Positions 10,806 to 21,255 of a stretch of 64,000 bases of DNA are shown here, piece by piece; position 1 is the stretch's first letter, and each line of letters opens with the position of its first letter. The DNA comes from Candidatus Magasanikiibacteriota bacterium (GTDB lineage: Bacteria > Patescibacteriota > Patescibacteriia > Magasanikbacterales > UBA922), in contig WJJZ01000002.1 of the NCBI GenBank assembly GCA_014729395.1, positions 64,673 to 128,672 on the forward strand, read 5' to 3'. The notes beneath the pieces were generated by a model, which worked only from the letters and a program-made list of their open reading frames with translations, was not told where the DNA came from and searched no databases. The position numbers and the translations under genes were made by a program.

Positions 10806-11576
10806 TTATTTCTTCTCTTCTTTCATATTTGAATCATCCATTTTTGTCTCCCGATTTGCCTCCGGGGACATATTTACAGCAGCGGGAGTTTTCTTGAGTT
10901 CAATATATAAGATTGACTGAGCAGCACTGCCAAACGGTGCTATGACAAGCGCAACCGCTGAGCTGAAGAAACTTGCCAACATTACACCCATTTGTGTATC
11001 CATGATTGGACGAAATGGAAGCATTATAATAGCCTGAGCTATGAATCCAAGAAGCGCAAAAACGATTCCCGGTGCAAGTAATCTCCAAAAAACACCAAAC
11101 CATCTGCCCTGTACCATTTGTTTGCTGGCTTTTAAGGCTTCTGTACCTTTTTTATTATCTAAAATAACAATATAATATGAAAAAGCAAACCACACAGCAA
11201 ATATTATTCCGGGGATAATGAGTAGAATTAATCCTCCAAGAACCGCCAATCCGGTTAAGATGGATACTAATACGACCGGTAAAATCATTTCTGTCGCTTT
11301 TTGTAATTCCGGTTGGATGGCACCGGCTTTTTTATTCTGGTATCTGTCAACCACTGCCCTGATAAAAGCAATGGAAATCCAAATGCTTACCACTGCAGCT
11401 GCGATAGCTACCAATAAATTAATGAAAACCATAGCGCCATTATTGCCAAAAAGCGCTAAGACGCTTGTTATTGCAGCCGGGATAAAAAGTAGCCCCATGT
11501 ACTGCAAGAAAAGCTTGGCATTATCTCTATAGAGTTTTATACTCTCGGAGATAATATTACCTGCGGAAATTAACAT
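10806..11576 (-). CDS. Conserved integral membrane protein
   Basis: GLILLIIPGIIFAVWF motif, about 6 TM helices. Confidence 0.65.
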   Translation of the reverse strand: MLISAGNIISESIKLYRDNAKLFLQYMGLLFIPAAITSVLALFGNNGAMVFINLLVAIAAAVVSIWISIAFIRAVVDRYQNKKAGAIQPELQKATEMILPVVLVSILTGLAVLGGLILLIIPGIIFAVWFAFSYYIVILDNKKGTEALKASKQMVQGRWFGVFWRLLAPGIVFALLGFIAQAIIMLPFRPIMDTQMGVMLASFFSSAVALVIAPFGSAAQSILYIELKKTPAAVNMSPEANRETKMDDSNMKEEKK

Positions 11577-11596
11577 ATTGTGATGTTATTTATTAA

Positions 11597-12301
11597 TTAA
11601 ATAATGCTTTGTAATAGTTCAATACCTCTTTGTTTCATTATATCAATTTTTTCATTACAATCCAAGAGATGGATTTGTGTTCCACGTTCAGTAAAGTATT
11701 TTTGATAATCAGGGCTTTTAAAAGTATGTGCTGCTTTTTCCAAAAAGTTCTTCTTCTCGAAGATAGCTAGATCTTGTTTCTCCACTCTGCCACTAAGTCT
11801 ATTTATAGCTTCGTTAGCGTTTACATCGGCAATTACAAGATGCTCAGGTGCATTATTCAAGGCATAAGTATTTCCTTCAATCGCAGCAATATCATCCATT
11901 TTCAGGTTACTGTTGGTTTGTAAGGGCTGATAGCAAATAGATGTGCTCACAGATCGATCTTGCAGAATAATTTTATTCTTTGATCTAAGAGGTAGAATTA
12001 ATCTTTTTAGCAAAACCATTCTGTCAAGGGCGTACGCATCAGCCATAGATGTTGGGGTGTAATTTTTACCATTCAGGATCATTTCTTGTCTAATGGACGC
12101 TCCGGCCCAAACAGTGGTCGGTTCGGCAGATACAACAACATCATAATCGTCCAGTTCACCTGGATTAGGGTGGCAGTGTTTTTTTTGCCAATAGTTTTTT
12201 AGGTCAAATACTTTTTTATTTTGATTAACAAAAAAATCAGCCCAAGCTTTAATGACCGTGCTTTTACCCGATCCATCAATGCCGTCTATTACAATATACA
12301 T
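11597..12301 (-). CDS. tmk: Thymidylate kinase
   Basis: IDGIDGSGKST P-loop, EP, QDRS...YQ. Confidence 0.9.
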   Translation of the reverse strand: MYIVIDGIDGSGKSTVIKAWADFFVNQNKKVFDLKNYWQKKHCHPNPGELDDYDVVVSAEPTTVWAGASIRQEMILNGKNYTPTSMADAYALDRMVLLKRLILPLRSKNKIILQDRSVSTSICYQPLQTNSNLKMDDIAAIEGNTYALNNAPEHLVIADVNANEAINRLSGRVEKQDLAIFEKKNFLEKAAHTFKSPDYQKYFTERGTQIHLLDCNEKIDIMKQRGIELLQSII

Positions 12302-12305
12302 AATA

Positions 12306-12815
12306 CTATTTGTTAATTTTGTATCTTAGCTGGAGGACATTATCATCAAGTTGTCTTGTTTCCAGAAGTTTTAAGTCTAGATCGACATCAGCTTTGGCAA
12401 ATAGAGGTAGGCCTTCGCCAAAAAGTTTTGGTTCCACTGTCAGCCAGAGTTCATCAAGTAGGCCAAGTTTTAGGAAAAGTCCGTTAATGGTGGCGCCGCC
12501 ACCGATTATCACTGCTTCAAAACCTCTGTTTTTGAGTTCATCAAGTAATTCTCTTGGCTGTGAATTGGTAAATTCCAATAAATCCGGAATATTTTTGTTT
12601 GTGTCCGGTTCAAAATCCATAACAACATTAAGTCTACCCGGGAGTGGCCGGCCGATTGTTTCATAGGTGGTTAGACCCATAATAATGGCGCCGGCTTTTT
12701 TGGTTTCTGTTACAAAGATTTTTTTATCGGCTTTACTGGTCCAATCAGCGGCATGGGTTGTGTGTTTGGCAATTTTTCCGTCAACGGTAATAGCCATCAT
12801 TAGGATTGTTTTCAT
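12306..12815 (-). CDS. Dihydrofolate reductase / RibD C-terminal family
   Basis: AITVDGKIA, IIMG, RPLPGRLNVV, IIGGG; clustered with thyA. Confidence 0.85.
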   Translation of the reverse strand: MKTILMMAITVDGKIAKHTTHAADWTSKADKKIFVTETKKAGAIIMGLTTYETIGRPLPGRLNVVMDFEPDTNKNIPDLLEFTNSQPRELLDELKNRGFEAVIIGGGATINGLFLKLGLLDELWLTVEPKLFGEGLPLFAKADVDLDLKLLETRQLDDNVLQLRYKINK

Positions 12816-12845
12816 ATCTTTATATATACAACTGTGACTTCTTTT

Positions 12846-14963
12846 TTATTTGTTTTTTTCGTTGTGTTTATCCATGTCGATTAAAATTAATGTCGCATCA
12901 TCCGGTTTGTTGAGTGAGGGGTCTGTGACAGTACGTACGAAGTCTTCAGGATTTTTGTATTTATCAAAATCCATAGGTTCACGTGTAAAATTTCTTTTAT
13001 TTGCCGTATTTCCGACTTGACCTGAACTATTATTTTCAGCTTTTGCATCCTTATCTGAAAAATCTAAGTAATTATCTGAAAAAAAATCTGTGGCTATGCA
13101 AATTTGTCTTCCCGGTTGGTATTCTATATTGTGAATATTTTCAACAAAACCTATATCAGTATTTCCGAGCTCTATGCCAAAAGCATGATCCGCTAAACTG
13201 ATTCCGGCAGTTTCATCGCCGAACCCTGTATACTCACCATTTTCATTTCTTATATAAAGTGGACTGTCTCCCATCACGACAAATTTCCACGAACCATCTG
13301 TTTGCTTTTGGACAATAGTTAGGGTGGTAAATGCCGATTCCAAATCTCTTCGGGTTGTCCATTTCCCTTCTCTCTCATTTGCATTTTTATATTCCTGAGA
13401 TTTTTTTATTTTATCCAATATAAGATACAATTTATTTCTTCCGTTACTTGTATTAAAAATTTCATCCAAAGACATATCAAGATTCACCAGCTCATGAGAA
13501 ATTTGTTTTGCCAAAACTCCGGATTTTCCATAGCTACCCATACCGTCACAGACAGCAAAGGTTTTTCGGTCCCCACTTACGGCAAAAGCGTCTTGACCGG
13601 CTTTGTGGTTACTGTGAAGTATTTTAAAACCGTATTTATTCAAATCACCAATAATTACCGGTTCATCTTTGGCTATATCTAAAGAATTCAGCTCTTTTCC
13701 TTCGATTATTTTATTCCTCCCTTCTTTTATTTGTTTGTAAGCCTCATAAATTTTATCATTGTCATCGAAATAATCATTCTTATCATCTTCAATCCATTTA
13801 TTGATCAAGCGTCTGACATCATGAGATATTTTTTTGTTAGTTGTCTCTCCTTGTGATTTAATAATTTCTTCTATTTTCACTATTTGACTGCGAATTTCGG
13901 GATCATCGTTTTCAAGAGCTTCATTATACATGTCTAAAACGGCTTCTTTGTTTTTTAGATCTTCCGGCGATCTGTCTAAGGTAGCTATTTGAGCAATTAT
14001 TTTATTCAACAGTTTGTCATCAATGTTTTCATCGTATTCGTCTCTTATGGTTTTTTTCATACTATCTTTTATGTCATCTTCTACGCTCGAAGCTGTTAGA
14101 TCTCTCATCTCTGATCCAGTCATTTCTGCGTATTCGGGTTTTTTTTCCGGTTCTTTCGGTTCGGGCTGATCGTTTTTATCTTCGGCTTCCGAGGTATCCG
14201 GCTGTGGCTCAGCATCGGTTTCTTTTTCAGATTCATCCTCTTTCGGAGTTTCTGTTTCCGGTTCAATTTTGGCGTCAGTTTTGGATGTTTCCTCGCTTTC
14301 TTCTTTTGTGGTAGACGAGGCAGAAGAAGGTTGGTCAACTTCGGTGTCAATCTCGGAACCGGTTGCTTTATCAGTAGATTCAGTCTCAGTCGGAATTGCT
14401 TCACGAACTTGATTTAACCAGTCGTCATCCAAGAATTTTTTTAGCTTTTCACTCATCTGACCTCTGTTTTTATTCACATATTCATATACACCTTTATATC
14501 CACCTAAGTGAAACTGGTCAACAACATTATCAAATTCAGCTTTATCTTTTTTCGACATTTTTCGATATGTTTTTGTCTCTTTTCTCAGACTTTCGCCTCT
14601 ACCAAATATTTTTCCGGTTGCTTTGCCGGCAACTCTTTTTATTTTGGACAAAAAGCCTTTTATATTCCTTTTATTTTGAGCTTCCAATTTGGTTACTCTA
14701 TTGTCTATATCATTGATTTTTTCATTGTGTCCGCCAACTGTCTTTTTAATTTCTTCAGTATCTTTTTTTATGGTTCCCAGCTCGTTTTCGTTATTTTCGG
14801 ACAAGAGGGTGGCCTGTTTTTCTTCTTCGTTCATTTCTTCAAGACCCTGTTCCAGCGGGCTTTGTTCGGTTTTTTCCAGGTCGGCTTTTTGTTCCGGTGA
14901 GGGTGGCGGCGGGGGCGAGACCTGTTCCGAGCCGGTATTTTTTTGTGGTACTGCTTCTGGCAT
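12846..14963 (-). CDS. PP2C-like phosphatase with long acidic/coiled N-terminal region
   Basis: GQDA, FAVCDGMG, GDS, ATD, DDAT motifs in the C-terminal third. Confidence 0.75.
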   Translation of the reverse strand: MPEAVPQKNTGSEQVSPPPPPSPEQKADLEKTEQSPLEQGLEEMNEEEKQATLLSENNENELGTIKKDTEEIKKTVGGHNEKINDIDNRVTKLEAQNKRNIKGFLSKIKRVAGKATGKIFGRGESLRKETKTYRKMSKKDKAEFDNVVDQFHLGGYKGVYEYVNKNRGQMSEKLKKFLDDDWLNQVREAIPTETESTDKATGSEIDTEVDQPSSASSTTKEESEETSKTDAKIEPETETPKEDESEKETDAEPQPDTSEAEDKNDQPEPKEPEKKPEYAEMTGSEMRDLTASSVEDDIKDSMKKTIRDEYDENIDDKLLNKIIAQIATLDRSPEDLKNKEAVLDMYNEALENDDPEIRSQIVKIEEIIKSQGETTNKKISHDVRRLINKWIEDDKNDYFDDNDKIYEAYKQIKEGRNKIIEGKELNSLDIAKDEPVIIGDLNKYGFKILHSNHKAGQDAFAVSGDRKTFAVCDGMGSYGKSGVLAKQISHELVNLDMSLDEIFNTSNGRNKLYLILDKIKKSQEYKNANEREGKWTTRRDLESAFTTLTIVQKQTDGSWKFVVMGDSPLYIRNENGEYTGFGDETAGISLADHAFGIELGNTDIGFVENIHNIEYQPGRQICIATDFFSDNYLDFSDKDAKAENNSSGQVGNTANKRNFTREPMDFDKYKNPEDFVRTVTDPSLNKPDDATLILIDMDKHNEKNK

Positions 14964-14973
14964 ATATTTTAAT

Positions 14974-15132
14974 TTATGACAATTTATCTAAATTACCTTT
15001 TTGTTTTAATATATCTACTTCTTTGCGAAGTTCCTCAAGTTCTTTTTTAATTTCCTTATCCCTTCGCAAGAATTTTTTGAAAGCCTCCCTGGCTTCTTTT
15101 AAATATTGATCGATTTTATTTTGGGTTGGCAT
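14974..15132 (-). CDS. Small coiled-coil protein (52 aa, MPTQNKIDQYLKEAREAF...), not in the ORF track
   Basis: Open frame that fills the gap between dut and the PP2C gene, co-oriented with both. Confidence 0.55.
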   Translation of the reverse strand: MPTQNKIDQYLKEAREAFKKFLRRDKEIKKELEELRKEVDILKQKGNLDKLS

Positions 15133-15151
15133 ATTAATATATTAATTATTA

Positions 15152-15586
15152 TTAATAGGTTCCGGTACTTCCAAAACCTCCGCGGTTGTTTTCGTTCATT
15201 TTTTCCACTTCTTCAAAATTTACTTTTTCAATCGGGACAAAATAAGCTTGGCCGATTCTTTCGCCTTTTTTTATGTCTACCTTATCATCAGTATAATTAT
15301 ACAACATTAGTTTTATCTCGTCTTCCTCACCATGATAATCCTGATCAATTATACCGACTCCATGCGGACTTAATAGGCCTTTTTTGCGGGGTGTACTGGA
15401 GCGGGGAGTAATAGAGAGCATAAAGCCTACCGGGATTTTTATAATAAAATTTGTCGGTATAAAATCCAAAGTTTTCGGCTCTATTATCATATCAACTCGG
15501 CTGTACAGATCAAAAGCCACCGAACCATCTGTTTGGTATTGTGGCAAGGGGAGTGACTTATCTATTCTTTTGATTTGAATTTTCAT
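15152..15586 (-). CDS. dut: dUTPase
   Basis: AFDL, PRSS, GIIDQDY, RIGQ, RGGFGSTG. Confidence 0.95.
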   Translation of the reverse strand: MKIQIKRIDKSLPLPQYQTDGSVAFDLYSRVDMIIEPKTLDFIPTNFIIKIPVGFMLSITPRSSTPRKKGLLSPHGVGIIDQDYHGEEDEIKLMLYNYTDDKVDIKKGERIGQAYFVPIEKVNFEEVEKMNENNRGGFGSTGTY

Positions 15587-15592
15587 AAGTTT

Positions 15593-16465
15593 TTAAACAG
15601 CTATATCAAATTTTATACTCGGATAGCTTTGGTAATCAATTATTTTGGTCTGATCAGATGACCAATCAAAAATGGATGTAAAATTTTCAGTTCCTATTTT
15701 TGGTAAATTATATTTGGTATAGTCACGACTAATTTGTTCTTTGGCGCCCTCAATATGATTTTTGTAAATATGTGTATCCGCTAAAAAACCAACCAATTTA
15801 CCTTCGGCAAAACTACTTTCTTTTGCAAGTAGATGTAGCAGAAGTGCATAGCTTGCAATATTAAAGGGAAGACCAAGCATAGAGTCAACCGAACGCTGAT
15901 TCCAAAGGAGATTTAATTTATTGTTTATTATTGTCACTTGGAAACAATAGTGACATGGTGGTAGTGCCATTTGATCCAGCATGCAGGGATTCCATGCGGA
16001 AAGAATCATACGCCGGTCACTGGGGTTGTTTTTCAGTGTATTGACAATTTTTTTCAGCTGGTCAACACCTTGGCCGCGGTAGTCTGTCTTATAATCATCA
16101 TAGGGAGCATTGAAATGACGCCACTGAAAACCATATATGGCACCTAAATCTCTCTCTTCGGCCATTCTTTTTTTAGATTCCTCGTCATGTCCATACGGGG
16201 CTTTTTTGGGATTAGCCCATTCGTCCCAAATATGATTTTTTTTATCTTGAAGCCATTTTTTATCAGTTATTCCTTTTATAAAAAATTCCAATTCGGTTTT
16301 TACCAGCCTGAAAGGAACTTTTTTTGTGGTTAGCAGGGGGAAGCCATCGCTCATATCATGTTCAAATATCATTCCCGGTATAGCAATCGTACCGACTCCC
16401 GTTCTGTCATCTTTTTTTTCTCCTTGTTCTAAAATTGTTTTTACTATTTCAATATATTGTTTCAT
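15593..16465 (-). CDS. thyA: Thymidylate synthase
   Basis: DRTGVGT, YGFQWR, LPPCH, QRSVD...GLPFN. Confidence 0.97.
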   Translation of the reverse strand: MKQYIEIVKTILEQGEKKDDRTGVGTIAIPGMIFEHDMSDGFPLLTTKKVPFRLVKTELEFFIKGITDKKWLQDKKNHIWDEWANPKKAPYGHDEESKKRMAEERDLGAIYGFQWRHFNAPYDDYKTDYRGQGVDQLKKIVNTLKNNPSDRRMILSAWNPCMLDQMALPPCHYCFQVTIINNKLNLLWNQRSVDSMLGLPFNIASYALLLHLLAKESSFAEGKLVGFLADTHIYKNHIEGAKEQISRDYTKYNLPKIGTENFTSIFDWSSDQTKIIDYQSYPSIKFDIAV

Positions 16466-16466
16466 A

Positions 16467-17024
16467 TCATCTATATTTATTTACTAATTTATCAAGTTGG
16501 GAGTAAAGTTCTTGCAAACTGCCATTATTATCAATATTTTCATCAGCTTCAGCCATTACACCTGGAATTGTTACTTCGGTCGATCTTTGGTGGTCGGCTT
16601 GAAACTCTTCAAAGGTTTTGCTTTTATCATCCGCATTTTCTCCTCTTTTAATTATTCTTTCATATCTTTTTTCTATATCTGCATCTATCGCCACCAAGAT
16701 AAAATCCGGATTTTGACTTAGATATTCAATATCTGCCGGACGTCTGATACCATCAATTACCACGATATTATTCGGGTCTTTTTTTGCATCGCCTGCCATT
16801 GCCTTTGCCATTATGTCTTCGCCGAATTTTTCTCTGATAGCCTCGGACATTTTTATGAGATTGTCTCTGCTTTTATCCAGATAGATTCTATCCAACATAT
16901 CGCGGAGCATGGTAGAAAATCGATGCGTATTTGCAGCATATTTTTCTTTGAGATAGCTGGCCGATGTTCCTTTTCCGCTTGCCAGAGGTCCTACAAATCC
17001 CAAAATAATTTTATTGGTTGTCAT
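16467..17024 (-). CDS. P-loop nucleotide kinase (dephospho-CoA/NMP kinase-like)
   Basis: GPLASGKGT, IDGIR, IDNNG; start chosen at MTTNK. Confidence 0.75.
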   Translation of the reverse strand: MTTNKIILGFVGPLASGKGTSASYLKEKYAANTHRFSTMLRDMLDRIYLDKSRDNLIKMSEAIREKFGEDIMAKAMAGDAKKDPNNIVVIDGIRRPADIEYLSQNPDFILVAIDADIEKRYERIIKRGENADDKSKTFEEFQADHQRSTEVTIPGVMAEADENIDNNGSLQELYSQLDKLVNKYR

Positions 17025-17502
17025 ATTTTTCAAATTCTTCTTCAAAATAGTCAAGTTCTATACCGACTTTTCTAAACATAATTTCGCTTTCTTCACCGGC
17101 ATGATATTTTTTTTCACAGACCACTCTTTTTATTCCTGCGTTTATTATCATACGAGCGCAAACCGTACAGGGTGTCATTTTACAATAAAGCGTGGCATTT
17201 TTTATAGCAATACCGATTTTTGCAGCCTGAACAATAGCGTTTTGCTCAGCGTGCGTTGTTCTTACGCAGTGTTGGCTTTGGTGGCCATCTTCATGGGTAA
17301 CCGTTTTCATTTGGTGGCCGACTTCATCACAGTGTGGAAGTCCGGCAGCTGAACCTACATATCCGGTTACCAAAATTTGCTTATTTTTGGCAATTACACA
17401 GCCGGAGCGACCTCTGTCGCAAGTGGCTCTTTTGGCGACAGCGTGTGCCACCTCCATAAAATATTCGTCCCAAGTGGGTCTTTTATGTTCATTTACAGAC
17501 AT
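17011..17502 (-). CDS. dCMP deaminase (ComEB family)
   Basis: RPTWDEYF, HAEQNA, PCTVC. Confidence 0.9.
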   Translation of the reverse strand: MSVNEHKRPTWDEYFMEVAHAVAKRATCDRGRSGCVIAKNKQILVTGYVGSAAGLPHCDEVGHQMKTVTHEDGHQSQHCVRTTHAEQNAIVQAAKIGIAIKNATLYCKMTPCTVCARMIINAGIKRVVCEKKYHAGEESEIMFRKVGIELDYFEEEFEKYDNQ

Positions 17503-17602
17503 AAGGTATTTTAATTATTATGTTTTATTTTACAGGACACCAGAGAGCTGGTCAAACCGTATACAAATTAAAAAACCGCCTATTTATGGCGGTCTTTTTT
17601 AT

Positions 17603-18277
17603 TTAAATTTCAATTTTGATGCTCGGCCCCATCGAACTGGTTAGGTAAAGGGCTTTTATAAAGGTACCCTTCATTCCAATCGGTTTGGCTTTTTTTAGTG
17701 CGTCAATAAAAGTCTCTATATTCTCTTTCAGCTTTTTTTCATCAAAACTTATTTTTCCAACCATTAAATGTATGTTACCACCGTCATCATTTCTAAAAGC
17801 CATTTTTCCTTTTTTCAATTCTTCAACCATCTCGGCCACGTTTGGTCCTACAGTTCCAGTTTTCGGACTGGGCATCAGGCCTTTTGGTCCCAGAACTTTG
17901 GCAGCTACAGCCAGCTTTGGCATCATTTCAGGTGTGGCAACGGCAATATCGAACTCAATTTTACCGGTATCTTTGATTTTTTTTATATCTTCTTCACCGC
18001 AGACAAAATCCGCTCCGGCATCTTTGGCAGCACTCTCATCATTAGATCCGACAAAAGCGGCAACTTTTTTTGTTTTACCGCTGCCATGAGGTAATACAAC
18101 TGTGGTACGAATTTGTTGGTCGCCTTTTTTAGGATCAATCCCAAGACTAGCGTGAAGTTCTACAGAAGCATCAAATTTTACTGTAGATGTTTCTTTAACG
18201 AGTGCTATCGCCTCGTCTAAACTATAGGCTTTCGTAGGGTCTAATTTAGCCTTTTGCTCATTCATTCTTTTTGACAT
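17603..18277 (-). CDS. rplA: 50S ribosomal protein L1
   Basis: [32 protein letters not shown]; start at MSKRM. Confidence 0.97.
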   Translation of the reverse strand: MSKRMNEQKAKLDPTKAYSLDEAIALVKETSTVKFDASVELHASLGIDPKKGDQQIRTTVVLPHGSGKTKKVAAFVGSNDESAAKDAGADFVCGEEDIKKIKDTGKIEFDIAVATPEMMPKLAVAAKVLGPKGLMPSPKTGTVGPNVAEMVEELKKGKMAFRNDDGGNIHLMVGKISFDEKKLKENIETFIDALKKAKPIGMKGTFIKALYLTSSMGPSIKIEI

Positions 18278-18291
18278 AGATATATTTTTGT

Positions 18292-18324
18292 GTGGTACAA
18301 GCCCTTGAGTGGTCAAGGTCCCAC
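18292..18324 (-). promoter_or_regulatory. L1-binding autoregulatory mRNA leader
   Basis: GTGG-GA-CCTTGA-CCAC-TCAAGG-GCTTGTA-CCAC, two helices with an asymmetric loop, between a TTGACA promoter and the rplA start. Confidence 0.65.
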
Positions 18325-18378
18325 TTGTTTAAAGTGCTATATTTATACTAAATTTGGAGTTTTTTGTCAAGGAAAGGT

Positions 18379-18502
18379 AGTTCACTGTTCACAGCTCCTC
18401 AAGTCTGAGCGACGAAATCGCTAGACTTCGGAGTCGAAGACCAGCAGAGGTCGATTAAATTTTGACTTTAAACAATGCCTGTTGGCTGTGAACTGAGAAC
18501 TG
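18379..18502 (-). repeat. Dispersed ~125-bp structured element, copy 1
   Basis: Highly similar to 62622-62752 in inverted orientation; heptamer-repeat ends. Confidence 0.85.
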
Positions 18503-19513
18503 TTATGTAACATCATTCTGTCTCTTACCACTAAGATAAGCATTTACATTATCAACGGCCGTATCAATTATACGTTTTATAGCTTCAGTACTGTTGAAAG
18601 CGCTGTGCGGGGTAACAACTGTATTGGGGTGATTGATTATTTTGTGATTGATTTCATTGTTTTTTAGTTTTTTCTTATCTTTTATTTTATTTAAGACTCT
18701 TTTTGGTGCATCTATAAGTTCTTCATCTTCAAAAACATCCAGGCCGGCTCCGTTTATCCTGTTTGTTTCCAGTGCCCAAAGAAGTGCTTTTGGCTCTATC
18801 AGCCCACCTCTCGCGGTGTTTATTATATATGAACCTTTTTTTATTTTTTTTATATTTTTAGTATTTATCATATGGTAGGTACTGGGGAAAAGGGGAACAT
18901 GCATAGAAATGATATCTGACTTTGAAAGCAAAGTGTTTAAAGTGGAGACATACTTAAAACCATGCTTTTTCTGCAAAGATTTTTTTGGAAAGGCATCATA
19001 GGCAATTACGTCCACCTCAAAACCTTTGAGCATTTTTATCAAATAAATACCAATATGCCCGGTACCAACAACACCGACAGTTTTATCTTTTAAATCAAAA
19101 CCTCTTAGGCCATGATAATCATATATGCCGTGTTTGGCGCGCTCGGCTGCAACAAAAATTCTTCTTGAAAGGGTCAAAATTAAAGCCATGGCGTGCTGAG
19201 CAACTGTATTTTCTCCATAAGTCGGAACATTGCAAACCGGAATACCTCTTTTTTTGGCTTCTTTTATATCTACATTGTCGTAACCTGTGGAGAATGTGGT
19301 TATCATTTTCAGTTCCGGTAGTTTATCCAATACCTCTTTGTTTACTTTAGAATCCACAAATACTCCCAGTATTTCTGTCTTTGGGTCAATATTTTTTTTA
19401 TTCAATGGCTCGTTGATTATTTTTACATTCAATTTTTTTGTTTTGCTTTTTAGATAGTCATTCATGTCCGGGACGAAGGTATAGAAGACCGCTTTTGGTT
19501 TATTTTTGGGCAT
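18503..19513 (-). CDS. D-2-hydroxyacid dehydrogenase (D-lactate dehydrogenase-like)
   Basis: STGYDNVD, GTGHIG, INTARG, LDVFEDE, TPHSAF. Confidence 0.9.
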   Translation of the reverse strand: MPKNKPKAVFYTFVPDMNDYLKSKTKKLNVKIINEPLNKKNIDPKTEILGVFVDSKVNKEVLDKLPELKMITTFSTGYDNVDIKEAKKRGIPVCNVPTYGENTVAQHAMALILTLSRRIFVAAERAKHGIYDYHGLRGFDLKDKTVGVVGTGHIGIYLIKMLKGFEVDVIAYDAFPKKSLQKKHGFKYVSTLNTLLSKSDIISMHVPLFPSTYHMINTKNIKKIKKGSYIINTARGGLIEPKALLWALETNRINGAGLDVFEDEELIDAPKRVLNKIKDKKKLKNNEINHKIINHPNTVVTPHSAFNSTEAIKRIIDTAVDNVNAYLSGKRQNDVT

Positions 19514-19563
19514 AAAAATTTTAAATAATGATAAAAATATTGATTTATAATATATAGCTGTTT

Positions 19564-19642
19564 TGTCATTCCCGCGAAGGCGGGAATCCAGGAGAAGAAG
19601 TTTGTTGTGGTAGGCTGGATTCCCGCCTTCGCGGGAATGACA
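19564..19642. repeat. Inverted pair of ATTCCC-N8-GGGAAT palindromes (dRS3/REP-like)
   Basis: TGTCATTCCCGCGAAGGCGGGAATCCAG ... CTGGATTCCCGCCTTCGCGGGAATGACA. Confidence 0.85.
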
Positions 19643-19785
19643 CGGTTCTGCCGGGGTTTATTTTGATGAATGATACCTGGAAACTTTGATAGGTTTATTT
19701 ATTTTATATATTATAGCAAATTAATTTAGAACTTAAAAAACACCGGCCTTAGAGCCGATGTCTTTTTATTTTTTAATACGCAGTT

Positions 19786-20208
19786 TTACTCCACCTTCAC
19801 ACCCATTTGCCTGGCTGTACCTTCTATGATTTTCATGGCGGCCTCTACATCATTTGCATTCAAGTCAGGCATTTTCTTTTCTGCGATTTCTTTTACTTGG
19901 GCCTTGGTAATTTTACCAACCTTATCTTTCAAAGGATTACCCGCACCCTTTTTTATACCGGCCGCTTTTTTAATCAATGCGCTTGCCGGAGCTACCTTGG
20001 TAATAAAGTCAAATGTTCTATCTTCATAGACATTAATTACCACCGGTACCACCTCACCTTTTTTATCCTGGGTGGCATTGTTAAATTGGGTGCAAAAATC
20101 TTGGATGTTCAATCCGTGCTGACCAAGTGCAGGTCCAACCGGTGGGGCGGGGTTAGCCGCTCCTCCCATAATTTGCAGTTTGATTTGTGTCATTAATTTT
20201 TTTGCCAT
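19786..20208 (-). CDS. rplK: 50S ribosomal protein L11
   Basis: [22 protein letters not shown]. Confidence 0.97.
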   Translation of the reverse strand: MAKKLMTQIKLQIMGGAANPAPPVGPALGQHGLNIQDFCTQFNNATQDKKGEVVPVVINVYEDRTFDFITKVAPASALIKKAAGIKKGAGNPLKDKVGKITKAQVKEIAEKKMPDLNANDVEAAMKIIEGTARQMGVKVE

Positions 20209-20270
20209 ATTATTTTCGTTGTTTTTATGAGGTGAGAAGCTTGTCCATAAAGGAGCACCTCGGATTATAT

Positions 20271-20816
20271 TTATAATTTTTTGACTTGTAGCGCATCAAG
20301 CTCAACCGGTGTTTCTCTTCCAAACATACTAACAAGTACTTTTACTTTACCTCTACCATCGTCAACTGTTTCCACCTTTCCTTCAAAGTTTTTAAACGGT
20401 CCATCTATAATTCTTACCGGATCATCAATATTTACATCAATTTTGTGTGTTGGTTCTTCCACTTTCATCCTCTTGGTAAGATTTAACATTTCTTTCGGAT
20501 CGATTGGAGTTGGCGTGGTTCCGGAACCGACAAAACCGGTAACATTCGGGGTATTCCTTACCACATACCAGGAATCATCTGTAACAATCATCTCCACCAA
20601 AACATAACCGGGGAAGATCTTTTCTTCTACAGTTTGGCGTTTACCGTTTTTTATTTTAATCTTTTTTTCTTTTGGAACCAGAACCGAACAGATTTTATCA
20701 TGCATATCAAAAGTGTCAATTCTTTGTTCCAGGTTTCTTTTTACGTTTTCCTCGTAACCGCTATATGTATGAAGTACGTACCAGCGTTTGCCGAGGTCTA
20801 GAGTTTGTTTAGCCAT
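20271..20816 (-). CDS. nusG: Transcription elongation factor NusG
   Basis: [23 protein letters not shown] with FGRETPVEL. Confidence 0.97.
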   Translation of the reverse strand: MAKQTLDLGKRWYVLHTYSGYEENVKRNLEQRIDTFDMHDKICSVLVPKEKKIKIKNGKRQTVEEKIFPGYVLVEMIVTDDSWYVVRNTPNVTGFVGSGTTPTPIDPKEMLNLTKRMKVEEPTHKIDVNIDDPVRIIDGPFKNFEGKVETVDDGRGKVKVLVSMFGRETPVELDALQVKKL

Positions 20817-20879
20817 AGGTTAAATGCTTAAAATGCTAGAAAAGCTCGAAAGGCCTAAAAAGGCTTTTTTTTGCCTTTT

Positions 20880-21080
20880 TTAAATGATTTTTTCTAAGAT
20901 GATATTAAAGATATAATCCAAAACTCCAAAGAAAACAGCTACTCCGATACTCATAGCGATAACGATAATGGAGTAGGTAGTGGTCTGTTTTTTTGTTGGC
21001 CAGACCACTTTTTTCATTTCCGCAACCGAACCTTTGAAATAGTCAGTTATTTTTTGGCTCATTTTAGTCATTTTTGCCAT
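20880..21080 (-). CDS. secE: Preprotein translocase SecE
   Basis: EMKKVVWPT followed by a TM helix, upstream of nusG. Confidence 0.95.
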   Translation of the reverse strand: MAKMTKMSQKITDYFKGSVAEMKKVVWPTKKQTTTYSIIVIAMSIGVAVFFGVLDYIFNIILEKII

Positions 21081-21255
21081 AAAATTAAAATTTTTTTATT
21101 TAAAAACGGCCCGTGGCCGATTGATGCTGATAATATACTAAAGTTAGGTAAGTTTGTCAAGTAGTTTTGTGAATATTTTAATCTATAGTATTATTAGTAT
21201 ATTGAATAATTTTTTAGTTTTAATGTATATGCTGAGAAACAGAGAAGTTGGTATA

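Noticed and set aside
18379-18502. Protein-coding remnant (SSSLSDEIARLRSRRPAEVD) in the dispersed element
   Set aside because: No start codon, and the differences between copies are mostly non-synonymous but compatible with RNA pairing.
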